Assembly: GCA_963814395.1 (NCBI GenBank)
Contig: CAWFCS010000004.1
Coordinates: 20,862-84,861, forward strand
Direction of reading: 5' to 3'
DNA from: an uncultured Acidobacteriota bacterium
GTDB lineage: Bacteria > Acidobacteriota > Vicinamibacteria > Vicinamibacterales > UBA2999
Length of the DNA: 64,000 bases
Shown here: positions 18,838 to 30,821 of the stretch, one piece after another
Layout: each line of letters starts with the position of its first letter
How positions within the stretch are numbered: the stretch's first letter is position 1
Program-made: the position numbers and the translations under genes
The notes under the pieces: model-generated
What the model was told of the DNA's origin: nothing
The model's input: only the letters and a program-made list of their open reading frames with translations
Database searches by the model: none

Positions 18838-20047
18838 ATGCCGCGTCAAGCTGCCGGGGGGCCAGTGACATCCCGCGACGTCGCCATCGCCGGATGTGGA
18901 CCAGGCGGTCTTGCGGCGGCCCTCTTCCTGCACCGTGCCGGGCACGCCGTCACGCTCTACGAACGCTTCGACCGGCCGCAGCCGGTCGGATCGGGGCTGA
19001 TGATTCAGCCCACCGGCCTGGCGGCGCTCGACGCGCTCGGCCTGGCCGGGTCGCTGCGGCACCTTGCCGCCCCCATTCGTGGCCTGCACGGCGTGTCGAT
19101 GCCCTCGGGACGCCGGGCGCTCACGATGACCTACGCCGCCATCGACCCGGCGATGACCGGCTACGGCGTGCATCGCTCGCTGCTCTTCGACCTGTTGTTC
19201 GACGCCGTGCGGGCCGCCGGCATTGGGATTGAGACGGGGCGGGCCGTCTCCGGCACCGAGCCCACGGCGAACGGCAGGCGTCGCCTGCTCTTTCATGACG
19301 GCGGCACGTCCGCGCCAGTCGATCTCGTCGTCGACGCGATGGGATCGCGCTCGCCGCTCTCCACCCGATCGCGCGACCTCGCCTTTGGCGCGCTCTGGAC
19401 GACGCTCGACCGCGTGGACATCCAGCACGCCCTGCCCGACTGGCTCGACCAGCGCTATCACCGGGCCGATCAGATGGCCGGCATCATGCCGCTTGGCCGC
19501 TCCAGCCCAGGGGGCCGTGATTCGGTCGCGTATTTCTGGAGCCTGCGCCAGCGTGACCTTGCGCGCTGGACGGCCGGAGGGGATCGAGGCGTGGCGCCGC
19601 GACGCGCTGGCTCTGTGGCCCGAATCAGAGCCCCTGCTCGCTCAGGTGCGTGATGCCGGGCAGTTCGTCTTCGCGTCCTACCAGCACCGCACCCTCGCGC
19701 ATCCGGTTGCGGCGGCGCTCGTGCACATCGGCGACGCCTGGCACGCGACGAGTCCCCAACTCGGCCAGGGGGCGAACATGGCCTTGCTCGATGCGTGGGC
19801 GCTCGGCCGGTCGATGGCGGCGGCGTCGGTGGGCGACGCTCTTGCAGCCTATCAGCGGCGCCGGTGGAGGTATGTCGCCCTCTACCAGTTGATGAGCCGC
19901 GTCTTCACACCGGTCTTCCAGTCCGAGAGCCGCACCCTGCCGCTGCTGCGTGATGTCTTGATGGAGCCGCTCGACCGCATACCACTCGTGCGCCGGATCG
20001 CCGCCCGCATCGTGGCGGGCCAGGTGTGGCTGGAGGCAGGACCGTGA
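18838..20047 (+). pseudogene. FAD-dependent monooxygenase (UbiH/salicylate hydroxylase-like), one +1 frameshift near 19576
   Basis: Dinucleotide fold DVAIAGCGPGGLAAALFLHRAGHAVTLYER. After GCC-G-GAGGGG the next frame continues EGIEAWRRDALALWPE..VHIGDAWHATSPQLGQGANMALLDA, the FAD-binding GD..P..GQG motif. The start may instead be the GTG at 18865. Confidence 0.75.
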
Positions 20048-20058
20048 CGGAGCGGCTG

Positions 20059-21356
<1,298 letters not shown>

Positions 21357-21360
<4 letters not shown>

Positions 21361-22226
21361 TGGCTCATCAACTCGTCATTGATTCCGAGACACTGTTCGA
21401 AGCGCTGCCGGGCCTGGGCGGCGCGGGCCAGCGTGGCGACGACGGGCGAGGCAGCCGGGGCCAGCTCGAACGTCCACGGGCCAGAGTAGCCCACCTTCTG
21501 GAAGGCCAGCAGCGTGCGCGCCCACTCGATCGACCCATCGTAGGGCACGAGATGGTCGTCGCGGGAGCCGCGCGTGTCGTGCACATGGCTGGCCACGATC
21601 AGGCCCGACGCGGTCTCGATCGCGTCCACGGGATCGCCGAGCAGGCGCGCGTGGCCGACGTCGAGGCAGATTCCGGACGGCGGCCAGTCGGCGGCGTCTT
21701 CGATGAGCGCCACGAGCGCATCCGGCGTGGACAAGGCATTGGTCTGCACTTCGAGCGCCACCTGGACGCCGCGCTCGGCGGCGTACGGCACGATGACATC
21801 GAGACTGCGCCGGGCCGCGCCGGCATCGTTGTCGTTCGCTGCCGCGATGTGCGCCGGCATGCCCACGTGCAGCACCAGCGTGCGGAACGGCAACACCCGG
21901 ACGAGGTCCAGCGTCAACTGCACCTCGGCCACGGCGCGTGCGCGGATCGACGCGTCGGTCGACGCCACCGAGAGGTTCCCCGTCCACACCCCGTCGACCA
22001 GGCGCTCCGCCGTGGGCGCGTGCACGGCCACGAGCTGCAGGCGTGTGTCGTCGAGCCACTCGGCCAGGTCGGCGACTGCGGCCGGATCGGCGTAGTCGAA
22101 GTGCGAGCGCAGGGCGAAGAGCTCGACCGCGCCGAAGCCGTGGGCCGCGATCTCGACGAGGTGCTCGCGGTCGAGACGTGACCGGTGGAACAGGAAGGTG
22201 GAGACGGCGAAACTGACGGCGCTCAC
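21357..22226 (-). CDS. sugar phosphate isomerase/epimerase (xylose isomerase-like TIM barrel)
   Basis: 289 aa with the pattern [31 protein letters not shown] typical of the AP endonuclease 2/TIM-barrel family. It overlaps asnS by 4 nt. Confidence 0.7.
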
Positions 22227-22247
22227 GACTACCCGGAATTCTAGCAG

Positions 22248-23264
22248 CTACCGGAGTTCGTCGACGAGTCCCCCGAGCAGTTCGGCGAGCCGCGCGTAGC
22301 GCGGGTCACGCGAGACCGTGCGGCGCACGTAGGCCAGGGTGCGCGGCACGTACTGCATGTAGACCGGGTTGGCGCGCGTGGTGGTCTGGTAGCCGAAGGT
22401 GCCGAGCGCCTTCAGATTGCGCTGCAGGGCCATCAGATCGAAGCGCCGCCGGAACTCCAGGCTCTCGGCCGGCGAGGCGGCGGCGCCGCGCGTGAGCGCG
22501 TAGAAGTAGTCGATGAGATCGTCGACCGCCGCGTCGGGCAGGTCCACGTACGAGTCGCGGAGCAGCGACACGAGGTCGTAGGTGTCGGGCCCCATGCGCG
22601 CGTCCTGGAAATCGATGAGGTAGAGTGCGCCCTCGTGCCACATCAGGTTGCGGCTGTGGTAGTCGCGATGGCACAGCACCCGCGGCTCGCTGGCCAGCTC
22701 GTCGACGATGCTGGTCCACTCCACCCGCAGCGCGTCGCGCACGGCGTCGTCCGGCAGCGCGCCGCGATAGGCCAGCAGGAAGTGGCGCACGAAGAATTCG
22801 AGCTCCCACATCAGCTTCTCGTGGTCGAAGGCCACGCCGTAGGGTGGATAGTCGGGCGATGCCAGCTGCGCGCCACGCTGCTGGAGCCGCACGATCAGGC
22901 CCACGGCCTCGCGGTAGCGCTTGCCGCGATCGGGCGCCGACAGCCCGCCCAGGTGCGCCTGCAGCGTGACATCGCCGAGGTCCTGCAGGCCGAGCACGCC
23001 GAGCGCGTCGTCGTGATGGAGGATGTGCGGCACCGGCACGGGCATCCGCGCGAAGAGCTGGGCCACGCGCACGAAGGTGGAAGTGGCATAGGTGATGGGG
23101 CCCGCGTGCACGCTGAGCACGACCGACGGGCGTCCCGTCAACAGTACCCGGACATAGCGCCGATCGGAGGCATCGCCCGTGAGCGGCACGATGCGCTGCA
23201 CGTCGGGTGCGAGGCCCTGTGCCTGCAGGTAGGCGGACACGCGTGGATCGAGGTCGGCGGACAC
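22248..23264 (-). CDS. amgK: aminoglycoside phosphotransferase-family kinase, AmgK-like (anomeric MurNAc/GlcNAc kinase candidate)
   Basis: LTGDASDRRYVRV is an N-terminal ATP-binding-like motif. The catalytic loop is LCHRDYHSRNLMW, followed by IDFQDA. It is adjacent to a MurU-like nucleotidyltransferase. GTG start at 23264. Confidence 0.65.
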   Translation of the reverse strand: MSADLDPRVSAYLQAQGLAPDVQRIVPLTGDASDRRYVRVLLTGRPSVVLSVHAGPITYATSTFVRVAQLFARMPVPVPHILHHDDALGVLGLQDLGDVTLQAHLGGLSAPDRGKRYREAVGLIVRLQQRGAQLASPDYPPYGVAFDHEKLMWELEFFVRHFLLAYRGALPDDAVRDALRVEWTSIVDELASEPRVLCHRDYHSRNLMWHEGALYLIDFQDARMGPDTYDLVSLLRDSYVDLPDAAVDDLIDYFYALTRGAAASPAESLEFRRRFDLMALQRNLKALGTFGYQTTTRANPVYMQYVPRTLAYVRRTVSRDPRYARLAELLGGLVDELR

Positions 23265-23275
23265 GGAGCGGAATT

Positions 23276-24259
23276 CTACCTGGATGGGGCGGTGAATGGC
23301 ACGGCGAGCAGATCGCCGTGCGTCACGCCCGGTGCCCCGGGCGGCTGCGAGTCGCGGCGCACGACCGCCGCATTGGCCAGCCGCAGGCCGGGTGGCACGA
23401 CCACGCCGTCTCCCACCACGCAGTCGGTCAGCGCCGCGCCGGCGCCCACGTGCACGTCGTTCCACAGCACCGAGCGCAGCACCTGCGCCGACGGATCGAC
23501 CCGCACGCCGGTGCCGCGATCGAGTGGACGTCCGAGTTGCGCGGCGATGGTCTGCGCGGTGCGCAGATACTCGGCCGGCGTACCGACGTCGTGGAAGGCC
23601 GCGTCGCGGCGCCACACCCGCACGCTCGAGGGGTCGCGAGCCAGCAGGCGAGGATACAGCCACTTGACGGTTTCAGCGGGGGTGCCCGGGGGCACGTCGG
23701 CGCAGGCCCGGCGTTCGAGCACCTGCACGCCCATGAAGTGCACGGCGTGTTGAGCAGACGGACCGGTGGCGAGCGTCTCGCCGACGCGGATCACGCCGGT
23801 CAGGCAGCCAGCGTCGTTCACGAGCAGGGCGTTGTAGCCGGGCCGGGCCGCACGGGTGGCCGCCATGGTGACGAGCGGCTGCGTGCGCGCGTGCTCCGCG
23901 ACGAGGGCCGGAAGGTCGAGGTCGGTGATGGTGTCGCCATTCACGACCAGGAGGCGCTCGGTGTCGACGAGGTCGAAGGCCTGCCGCGGCCCACCTGCTG
24001 AGCCCAGCACCTGCCCCTCCCACGAGTAGCGCACCGTCACGCCGAGATCGTCTCCGTGCCCGAGTACGGCCGCGACCGTTGCCGGCAGGTGATGCAGATT
24101 CACGATCACGTGGCGCACGCCCGCAGCCGCCAGCCACCGCACCTGGTGGCGGATGATAGCCTCGCCGGCCACGGGCAAGGCGGCTTTCGCGCGGATGGCC
24201 GAGAGCGGCGCGAGGCGCGTGCCGAGCCCGGCCGCAAGGATGAGGGCGGTGTCGATCAC
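23276..24259 (-). CDS. murU: nucleotidyltransferase, MurU-like (sugar-1-phosphate uridylyltransferase candidate)
   Basis: The N-terminus ALILAAGLGTRLAPLSAIRAKAALPV is the G-x-G-T-R-x-x-P motif. A C-terminal left-handed beta-helix-like region follows. It is paired with the AmgK-like kinase. Confidence 0.65.
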   Translation of the reverse strand: MIDTALILAAGLGTRLAPLSAIRAKAALPVAGEAIIRHQVRWLAAAGVRHVIVNLHHLPATVAAVLGHGDDLGVTVRYSWEGQVLGSAGGPRQAFDLVDTERLLVVNGDTITDLDLPALVAEHARTQPLVTMAATRAARPGYNALLVNDAGCLTGVIRVGETLATGPSAQHAVHFMGVQVLERRACADVPPGTPAETVKWLYPRLLARDPSSVRVWRRDAAFHDVGTPAEYLRTAQTIAAQLGRPLDRGTGVRVDPSAQVLRSVLWNDVHVGAGAALTDCVVGDGVVVPPGLRLANAAVVRRDSQPPGAPGVTHGDLLAVPFTAPSR

Positions 24260-24840
24260 GAAGCCGATTCGGGCGGGCCGAGGACGGTGGCGGTGGGGAA
24301 GACCATGTCGCCCGCGCCGTCCGCGGCGCCCGCGCTGGCCATGAAGAGCGCTCGGTACGACGCGGTCACGTAGTCGGCCGGCGCGAAGCCCAGCCGGGCC
24401 GCCAGCGTGTGGATCGCCGTTTCGTCGCCTTCGATCTCCACGAACACGCCAATCGGCGTGTCGTCCACGGCGATGACCACGCCTGGCAACGCGAATTCCT
24501 CGCGGTACTTGTCGTAGCGGAACGCGGGCTGGTAGCCGAGGGCCGCGCCGATGGCGAGCAACGCCTCGGCGCTGGCGGCCTCGGTTTCGATCTCTTCGCG
24601 GGCTTTCACGACGCCCGGCAGGACCGGCCCTTTGAAGGTGAGAAAGGCGCGGTCGCCGTCGGCCCGCACCCGCAGGGTGGTGCCGCTCGCGAGCAGCCGC
24701 CGATCGGCGGTGTCCAGCAGGACGTCGCGCTGCAGCCGCCGGGCGCGCGCCGGCGTGGCCGCCAGCGCGAGGACGCGCGTGCGCGCATCCTCGGCGCTGG
24801 AGAATCGCAATTTGACTTCGCGTTCGAGGCCGTGACCCAG
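24256..24840 (-). CDS. CYTH domain protein (class IV adenylate cyclase / triphosphatase family)
   Basis: EREVKLRF carries the ExExK signature, followed by TLRVR..FLTFKG..REEIE..FVEIEG. The start is uncertain. I used a CTG at 24840 that follows AAGGAG because there is no in-frame ATG or GTG after the htrA stop. Confidence 0.6.
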   Translation of the reverse strand: MGHGLEREVKLRFSSAEDARTRVLALAATPARARRLQRDVLLDTADRRLLASGTTLRVRADGDRAFLTFKGPVLPGVVKAREEIETEAASAEALLAIGAALGYQPAFRYDKYREEFALPGVVIAVDDTPIGVFVEIEGDETAIHTLAARLGFAPADYVTASYRALFMASAGAADGAGDMVFPTATVLGPPESAS

Positions 24841-24844
24841 GAGC

Positions 24845-26408
24845 TTACTCCTTGCGCACGGTGACGAAGCTCTCCTGGCCGTTGCGCAACACGAGCAGGA
24901 ACGCCGTGGAGCCCGAGGCCACGCGACCGAGTTCGCGCGCCGCATCGCTGACCGAAGTGACCGGCCGGCGGTTGACCTGCAGCAGCACGTCGCCGCGCGC
25001 CAGGCCGCCGCGCTGCGCGGGGCTGCCGGCTTCGATGTCGGTGATGATCACGCCCTCGGTGCCCGAGGGCAGCCGCAGACGGCGGGCCATGTCCGCGGTG
25101 AGCGCACCAACCGTCATGCCGAAGCCTTCGCCGGCTTGTTCTTCGGGCTCGGGCGTGTCGGCCTGGGTGCGGGTGGTTTCGGCGTCGAGATTCAGCTCGT
25201 CGACCGTGACGTTCAACCGCTTTTCCACCTTGTCGCGCAGCACCTTCACCGGCACCGTGGTGCCGGGCGAGGTGCGCGTGACGTAGCCCACCAAGTCGTC
25301 GCGGTTCTTCACCGGCTTGCCGTTGAACTCGATGATCACGTCGCCCGGCTCGACGCCGGCCTTGGCGGCCGGGCCGCCGTTGTTGACCGACGACACGAGC
25401 GCGCCGGCGCGTTCCTTGAGACCGAGCGCCTCGACGGCGTCGAGCGGAATGGTGCCCACCGAAACGCCAATCACTCCGCGCGTGACCTTGCCGCTGCGCA
25501 GCTGCGGCAGCAGCTCGCGGATGGTGTTGATGGGAATGGCGAAGCCGATGCCGATGTTGCCCTGCGCGCGCGAGTCGGTGTAGATGGCCGTGTTGATGCC
25601 CACGACCTCACCGCGCACGTTCAGCAGCGGGCCGCCGGAGTTGCCGGGATTGATGGCGGCGTCGGTCTGCAGCACGTCCTGACTGCGGCCGTCGGTGATG
25701 GGAAAGGGCCGCTCGGTGGCGCTGACGACACCGACGCTCACGGTGTGCGCCAGGCCGAAGGGATTGCCGATGGCCATCACCCAGTCGCCGGGCTGCATCT
25801 GGGCGGAGTCGCCGAACTTCACTTCGGTCAGCTCGCGCTTGGGCTTCTCGGTGAGTTCGATGAGTGCGCTGTCGCTGAGCGGGTCGCGGCCGACCACCTT
25901 GGCGAGGTAGCTCACGTCGGCGTCATCGCCGTAGAACGACACCTGAATCTTCGTGGCGTCCTCGACCACATGGTTGTTGGTGAGGATGAAGCCGTCCTTG
26001 CTGATGATGAAGCCCGTGCCGGCCGCCTGCGTGACCTGCGGACGCTCGGGCTGCTGCCGGCGCTGCTGGCCGCCGCCACCGCCGCCGCCCCCGAAGAAGC
26101 GTTCGAGCAGGTCGTCGCCGCCGCCGCCCGTCGCCGCCGAAGAACTGCGTCATCTGGCTGGCGCGCTGCCGCGACTCGGTGCGGATGTTCACCACCGCCG
26201 GGCTCATCGCCTTGGCGATGGTGCGGAACGTGGAGGCGTCGACGGGCCCGCTGAGCGGCGCGCTGTTGGCGGGCGGCGCGGCCAGGTTGACCCCCTGCGC
26301 CGACGAGACGGGTGAGAGCTCGAGCCGCGACGCGATGACCATGCCGACGGCCACCGAGGCAACGGCAATGAGCAGGGCATAGAACAGCGTGGTCTTTCGG
26401 GTCGACAT
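24845..26408 (-). pseudogene. periplasmic serine endoprotease DegP/HtrA, one +1 frameshift near 26127
   Basis: Signal anchor MSTRKTTLFYALLIAVAS. The trypsin-like domain has GTGFIISKDGFILTNNHVVE, D..LIEL and TDAAINPGNSGGPLL. Two PDZ domains follow. An extra G in the GGC-repeat region (FFGGD-G-GGGGDDLLERFFGG) joins ORFs 25923..26420 and 24845..25969. Confidence 0.9.
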
Positions 26409-26420
26409 TGATTCCTCCAC

Positions 26421-27603
26421 TTACACCACCGGGCACGACGGCCATTTGCCGCGGTCCCGTCACTTCAGGGCCGTCGGGGCCCCAGGCGATATTGATCTCG
26501 GTGCGAACGCCGAACGTGTCGAAGTACAACCCAGGTTCGATGGTGAAGCCGGTGCCCGGCAGCAGTCGCCGTTCGTCGCGGGTCTCGTAGTCGTCGAGGT
26601 GGGCGCCGTTGCCGTGCACCTCTTCGCCCAGGCTGTGTCCGGTGCGATGCAGGATGGCGGCGCCGAAGCCGGCCGCCTGCAGCACGCGGCGCGCCGCGGC
26701 GTCGGCTTCCCAGCCGCGCACCTCGCGGCCTGCGGCCGCGGCCTCCTGGATCAGCGTGACGGCCGCGTCGCGCGCGTCCCGCGCTGCCGCGAAGGCGGCC
26801 ACGAGGGCGGCTGGCGGCTCCGGGCCGGTGAAGCCCATCCAGCTGATGTCGGCGTAGACCGCGCCCGGCGAGGCGAGCTTGCCCCACAGGTCGAGCAGCA
26901 CGACCTCGCCGCGGCCGATGGCGCGGGACCCCACGGCCAAGGGCTGATAGTGCGGGTTGCCGGCGTTCTCCTGCGCGGCCACGATCGGGGGATGATCGGT
27001 GGTCAGCCCTTCCTCGGCGAACCACTGCATCATGGCGGCCTGGATGTCGTGCTCCGTGGTCGGCACGCCGTCGCGGAGGCGCGCGGCGATGGCGGCAAAG
27101 GCGCGGTCCTTCACGCGGTAGAGGCGTTCCGAGGCGGCGCGGTGCGACGCCAGGGCCTCGGGGCTCCACACCGCCTCGAACTGCTGGATCAGGTCGCCGG
27201 AGGAGACGACGTGCACGCCGCGATCGCGCACCAGCTCGATGGTGCCCGCATCCACGCGCGACACATACGGAATCGCGTTCCGGGGCGAATACTCCATGGC
27301 GATCGTGCCCATGCCGGCAAGCAGCGCCGACAGTCCGGCCTCGAGCTCGACCCGGCCGGCGTATTCGGTGGACGCGCCGGGCAGATGGGCGAGCGTGCGC
27401 CGCTCGATCTTGTGCACCAGGCCCCGGGGCGCACCCTCCGCGGGAATCAGGTAATACCAGCGCCGCGAGGTGATATGTCCGCTCGACGCCAGGCCGGCCA
27501 GGCGCTGCGCCACGGGGTTGGAGCCGTGGAAGTCATAGAGCAGCCAGCCGTCCAGATCGGCCGCGCGGAGGGCCGCTTGCACGGCGGCGACGTCAAGGGG
27601 CAT
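26421..27603 (-). pseudogene. M24 family metallopeptidase (Xaa-Pro aminopeptidase-like), one +1 frameshift 10 nt before the stop
   Basis: Pita-bread fold motifs are VLLDLWG..YADISW, HRTGHSLGEEVHGNGAHL, GFTIEPGLY and RTEINI. Removing one C from GTGCCCGGTGGTGTAA gives the end MAVVPVV and a stop at 26421-26423. Without that correction the ORF runs on to 25912. Confidence 0.8.
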
Positions 27604-27758
27604 ACGATTTTCGAGTATAGCCGGTTTGACGGAGGGCCAGGCGAGGCGCCCTGGTCCGCCAATCCAGGCACATCAGCTAGGACGCACGACCGCGGCCGAA
27701 AGTTGTGTCTGGGCTCGTTGGAGAGAAACCGGCGGCCCCGGGCCGCCGTCCTATAATC

Positions 27759-29855
27759 ATGCGCATGACCCCTACGATCCGGCTCCTTTCGTTCGCCGCC
27801 GTGGTGGCGGGCGCCGTGCTCACGTCCGCCCAGGAAGCGCAGATCCCGCCCTCGACGCAGCCGCCGGTCACCTTCCGCGCGGAGATCAACTACGTGGAGG
27901 TCGATGCCCGGGTGCTCGATGACAAAGGGGTGTTCGTGCCCGGCCTCACCGGCGCGGATTTCGAGGTGCTCGAGGACGGCAAGCCGCAGAAGGTCTCGGC
28001 CTTCTCGCTCGTGAACATCCCGGTCGAGCGCCAGCAGCGGCCGCTCTTCGCCGCGGCGCCGATCGAGCCCGACGTGCAGAACAACATCACCGGCTACGAC
28101 GGCCGGGTCTACGTGCTGCTGCTCGACGACCAGCACACGCACCCGCTGCGGGCGGCGCGCACCAAGAACGCGGCGCGGCAGTTCGTGCTGAGATACATGG
28201 GCGCCAACGACACGGCCGCGGTCGTGTTCACGAGTGGCCGTTCGGATGCGGCGCAAGAATTCACCAACAGCCAGCGGCGGCTGCTGGCGTCGGTCGACAA
28301 GTTCACCGGCCGCAAGCTCCGTTCGTCCACGCTCGAGCGGCTCGACGAGGAAGTGCGCACCCGCGAGACGCGTCAGCAAGGCGACCGGGTGGACGACATG
28401 CTCGACAACGAACGCGGGCTCACGGCGCGCACGACCCTCGACTCGATCCGCAACCTGGCCACCTACCTGGGCGGAATCAGCGGCCGGCGCAAGGCCATCA
28501 TCTACTTCAGCGAAGGCATCGACTACGACATCACCGACGTGTTCAACAATCGCAGCGCCTCGAACGTGATGGACGCCACGCGGGACGCGGTCGCCGCGGC
28601 CACGCGCGCCAACGTCGCCATCTATGGCATCGACGCGCGCGGTCTGGGCGCCGGCTTCGACGATCAGATCGAGGTGGGCAGCCTGCCCCAGGACAACTCC
28701 GTGAACCTGGGCAGCGGTTCCTTCCTCACCGAGGCCCGGCTCGGCCAGGACAGTCTGCGCGTGCTCTCGCAGGAAACTGGCGGCTTCGCCGTGGTCAATC
28801 AGAACGACCTGGCCGCCAACTTCGAGCGGGTCGTGGCCGACAACAGCGCCTACTACCTGCTCGGCTACTACTCGACCAACGAGCGGCGCGACGGCAAGTT
28901 CCGGAAGATCGAGGTGCGCGTGTCGCGGCCCGGCCTGTCGGTGCGCGCGCGCAAGGGCTACGCCGCCGCGCGGGGCCGCGTGGAAGCCGACAAGGGCGAT
29001 ACCAAGACCGCGCCCGAACTGCGCGCGGCGCTCGCCAGCCCGCTGCCCTCATCGGGCCTGCCGCTGGCGCTCGCGGCGGCCGTGTTCAAGGGCCCGGACA
29101 AGCTGGGCGCGGTCGTGATTTCGGCCCTCGTCGGCGCCCGCGATTTGCCGCTCACGGAAAAAGACGGCACCTTCCGGAACGACCTGGAGATCGTGCTCAC
29201 CGCCGCCGACTACGGCGGCAAGTCGTTCCCCGGCGACCGGGCCACGCTGGCGCTCAACCTGAAGCCCGATTCGGTGCAACGCCTGCGTGCCGGCGGCTTC
29301 CGCATCCTCAACCAGATCGATCTGCCGCCCGGCCGCTATCAGCTGCGCGTGGCCGCGCGCGAGGGCAACACCGGTCGCGCCGGGTCGGTCACCTACGACC
29401 TCGACGTGCCCGACTTCTCGAAGGACAAGCTGTCGATCAGCGGACTCGCCTTGACCTCGGCCTCGAGCGGGCTCACGCCGACCGCCCGCCCGAAGGACCC
29501 GCTCGCGAAGATGTTGCCCGGGCCGATGACCACCTACCGCGACTTCACCGCCGGTGACGAGCTGGCGCTCTTTGCCGAGGTCTACGACAACAGCGGCAAG
29601 CAGCCGCACAAGGTCGACATCGAAGCGACGCTGCGTTCCGAAGGCGGGCAAGCCGTCTTCCAGACGCGTGAAGAGCACGACAGCAGTGAGCTCGCGGGCG
29701 GTCCTGGCGGCTACGGCTTCTCGGCGCGGGTGCCGCTCAAGGACGTGCCGCCGGGGCTCTACGTGCTGCGCGTGACCGGCCGCACCCGGGTGGGCGATCA
29801 GGCCGAGGCGTCGCGCGAGACGATCATCCGGGTGCTGGCGCCGCCGGCCCGATGA
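27759..29855 (+). CDS. VWA domain-containing protein, acidobacterial VWFA-related type
   Basis: A signal peptide is followed by FRAEINYVEVDARVLDDKGVFVPGLTGADFEVLEDGKPQKVSAF, a VWA core (YVLLLDD..AVVFTSG..IIYFSEG..IYGID) and C-terminal beta-rich repeats. It resembles the VWFA-related acidobacterial family as I remember it. Confidence 0.75.
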   Translation: MRMTPTIRLLSFAAVVAGAVLTSAQEAQIPPSTQPPVTFRAEINYVEVDARVLDDKGVFVPGLTGADFEVLEDGKPQKVSAFSLVNIPVERQQRPLFAAAPIEPDVQNNITGYDGRVYVLLLDDQHTHPLRAARTKNAARQFVLRYMGANDTAAVVFTSGRSDAAQEFTNSQRRLLASVDKFTGRKLRSSTLERLDEEVRTRETRQQGDRVDDMLDNERGLTARTTLDSIRNLATYLGGISGRRKAIIYFSEGIDYDITDVFNNRSASNVMDATRDAVAAATRANVAIYGIDARGLGAGFDDQIEVGSLPQDNSVNLGSGSFLTEARLGQDSLRVLSQETGGFAVVNQNDLAANFERVVADNSAYYLLGYYSTNERRDGKFRKIEVRVSRPGLSVRARKGYAAARGRVEADKGDTKTAPELRAALASPLPSSGLPLALAAAVFKGPDKLGAVVISALVGARDLPLTEKDGTFRNDLEIVLTAADYGGKSFPGDRATLALNLKPDSVQRLRAGGFRILNQIDLPPGRYQLRVAAREGNTGRAGSVTYDLDVPDFSKDKLSISGLALTSASSGLTPTARPKDPLAKMLPGPMTTYRDFTAGDELALFAEVYDNSGKQPHKVDIEATLRSEGGQAVFQTREEHDSSELAGGPGGYGFSARVPLKDVPPGLYVLRVTGRTRVGDQAEASRETIIRVLAPPAR

Positions 29856-30259
29856 GCAGTGCCGGCGCGGACGGCCCGGACCCGGCAGGCAGCAGCACTG
29901 GTCTCGATCCCCGTGTGGCCTCGGTCGTGGCCTACAGCGCGTGGTGGGTGACCGGCCTGGTCTTCCTGGCCCTCGAGCGTTCGGATGACACCGTGCGGTT
30001 CCATGCGGCGCAGTCGGTGGTGGTCTTCGGCCTGGCGTCGGCAGTGATGGCCTTCACCTTCGGCGCGGCCTTGCCGCTCGTGCTCGTGTCTGGGGACGCG
30101 GTGCGCGTGCTCATGGCGGTGGCCAATCTGACGTGGCTGGCTGCCGTGGGGCTGTGGGCCTGGCTGGTCTACAAGGCCGCGAACGGCGAGCGCTGGTGCG
30201 TGCCCGGCCTCGGGCCGCTCGTGGCCGCCCTGGCCCGCCGGTCGCCGGCGCCGCGCTGA
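29852..30259 (+). CDS. small integral membrane protein (DUF4870-like)
   Basis: VVAYSAWWVTGLVFLALERSDDTVRFHAAQSVVVFG followed by further transmembrane segments. It overlaps the VWA gene stop by 4 nt (ATGA), which suggests translational coupling. Confidence 0.5.
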   Translation: MSSAGADGPDPAGSSTGLDPRVASVVAYSAWWVTGLVFLALERSDDTVRFHAAQSVVVFGLASAVMAFTFGAALPLVLVSGDAVRVLMAVANLTWLAAVGLWAWLVYKAANGERWCVPGLGPLVAALARRSPAPR

Positions 30260-30325
30260 CGCCGTACACACGACGACCCGCGCTGCCAGAGGTGGCGCGG
30301 GTCGCGGTGCGTGCCGGGGCCGGGT

Positions 30326-30760
30326 CTACTTCGCGGCGGTCGCGGGCGGTACGTCGATCTTCGGCACCACGTTGGCCTTGATCGTGCCGTTGGTGTGGCT
30401 GAACTGATACTTGTTCGAGTTCATGGCCGGGCTGCGCGGCGTGCGCAGCGTGATCGTCACGACCTCGCCGGCGCGAAGCGGCCGCGGGTGGCGGTAGAGG
30501 TCGCCCGCCACGGGGTTGCCGGCCTTGTCGTACCAGTTCTCTTCGACTTTCAGACCGGCAATCGCGCCGGTCGTCGCCGGGTTGCGGATGATGATCACCG
30601 TGACCACCTCGGCGCCCGACAACTTCGTGGCTGGCTTCGTCATGTCCAACGTTGCTTCGCCACGGATCGGCGGAATGAGCTTACGCTCCTGAGCCGAGGC
30701 CCCTCCGGTAACGAGACCCACCACCGCAACGGCCAACAACAACTGCCCAAGGCGCTTCAT
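30326..30760 (-). CDS. hypothetical secreted protein
   Basis: Signal peptide MKRLGQLLLAVAVVGLVTGGASA. GGAGGAG lies upstream of the ATG at 30760. I recognise no family. Confidence 0.5.
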   Translation of the reverse strand: MKRLGQLLLAVAVVGLVTGGASAQERKLIPPIRGEATLDMTKPATKLSGAEVVTVIIIRNPATTGAIAGLKVEENWYDKAGNPVAGDLYRHPRPLRAGEVVTITLRTPRSPAMNSNKYQFSHTNGTIKANVVPKIDVPPATAAK

Positions 30761-30821
30761 CAACACTCCTCCGATCTCATCGGCGAACCAGGGTCCGCCA
30801 GCTGGCGTGCAGTATAGATCC

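Noticed and set aside
25912-27603. A 563-aa ORF that looks like an M24 peptidase with a 170-aa C-terminal extension overlapping htrA.
   Set aside because: The extension is Arg/Ala-rich nonsense in an alternative frame of htrA. One extra C at about 26432 removes the natural TAA at 26421-26423.
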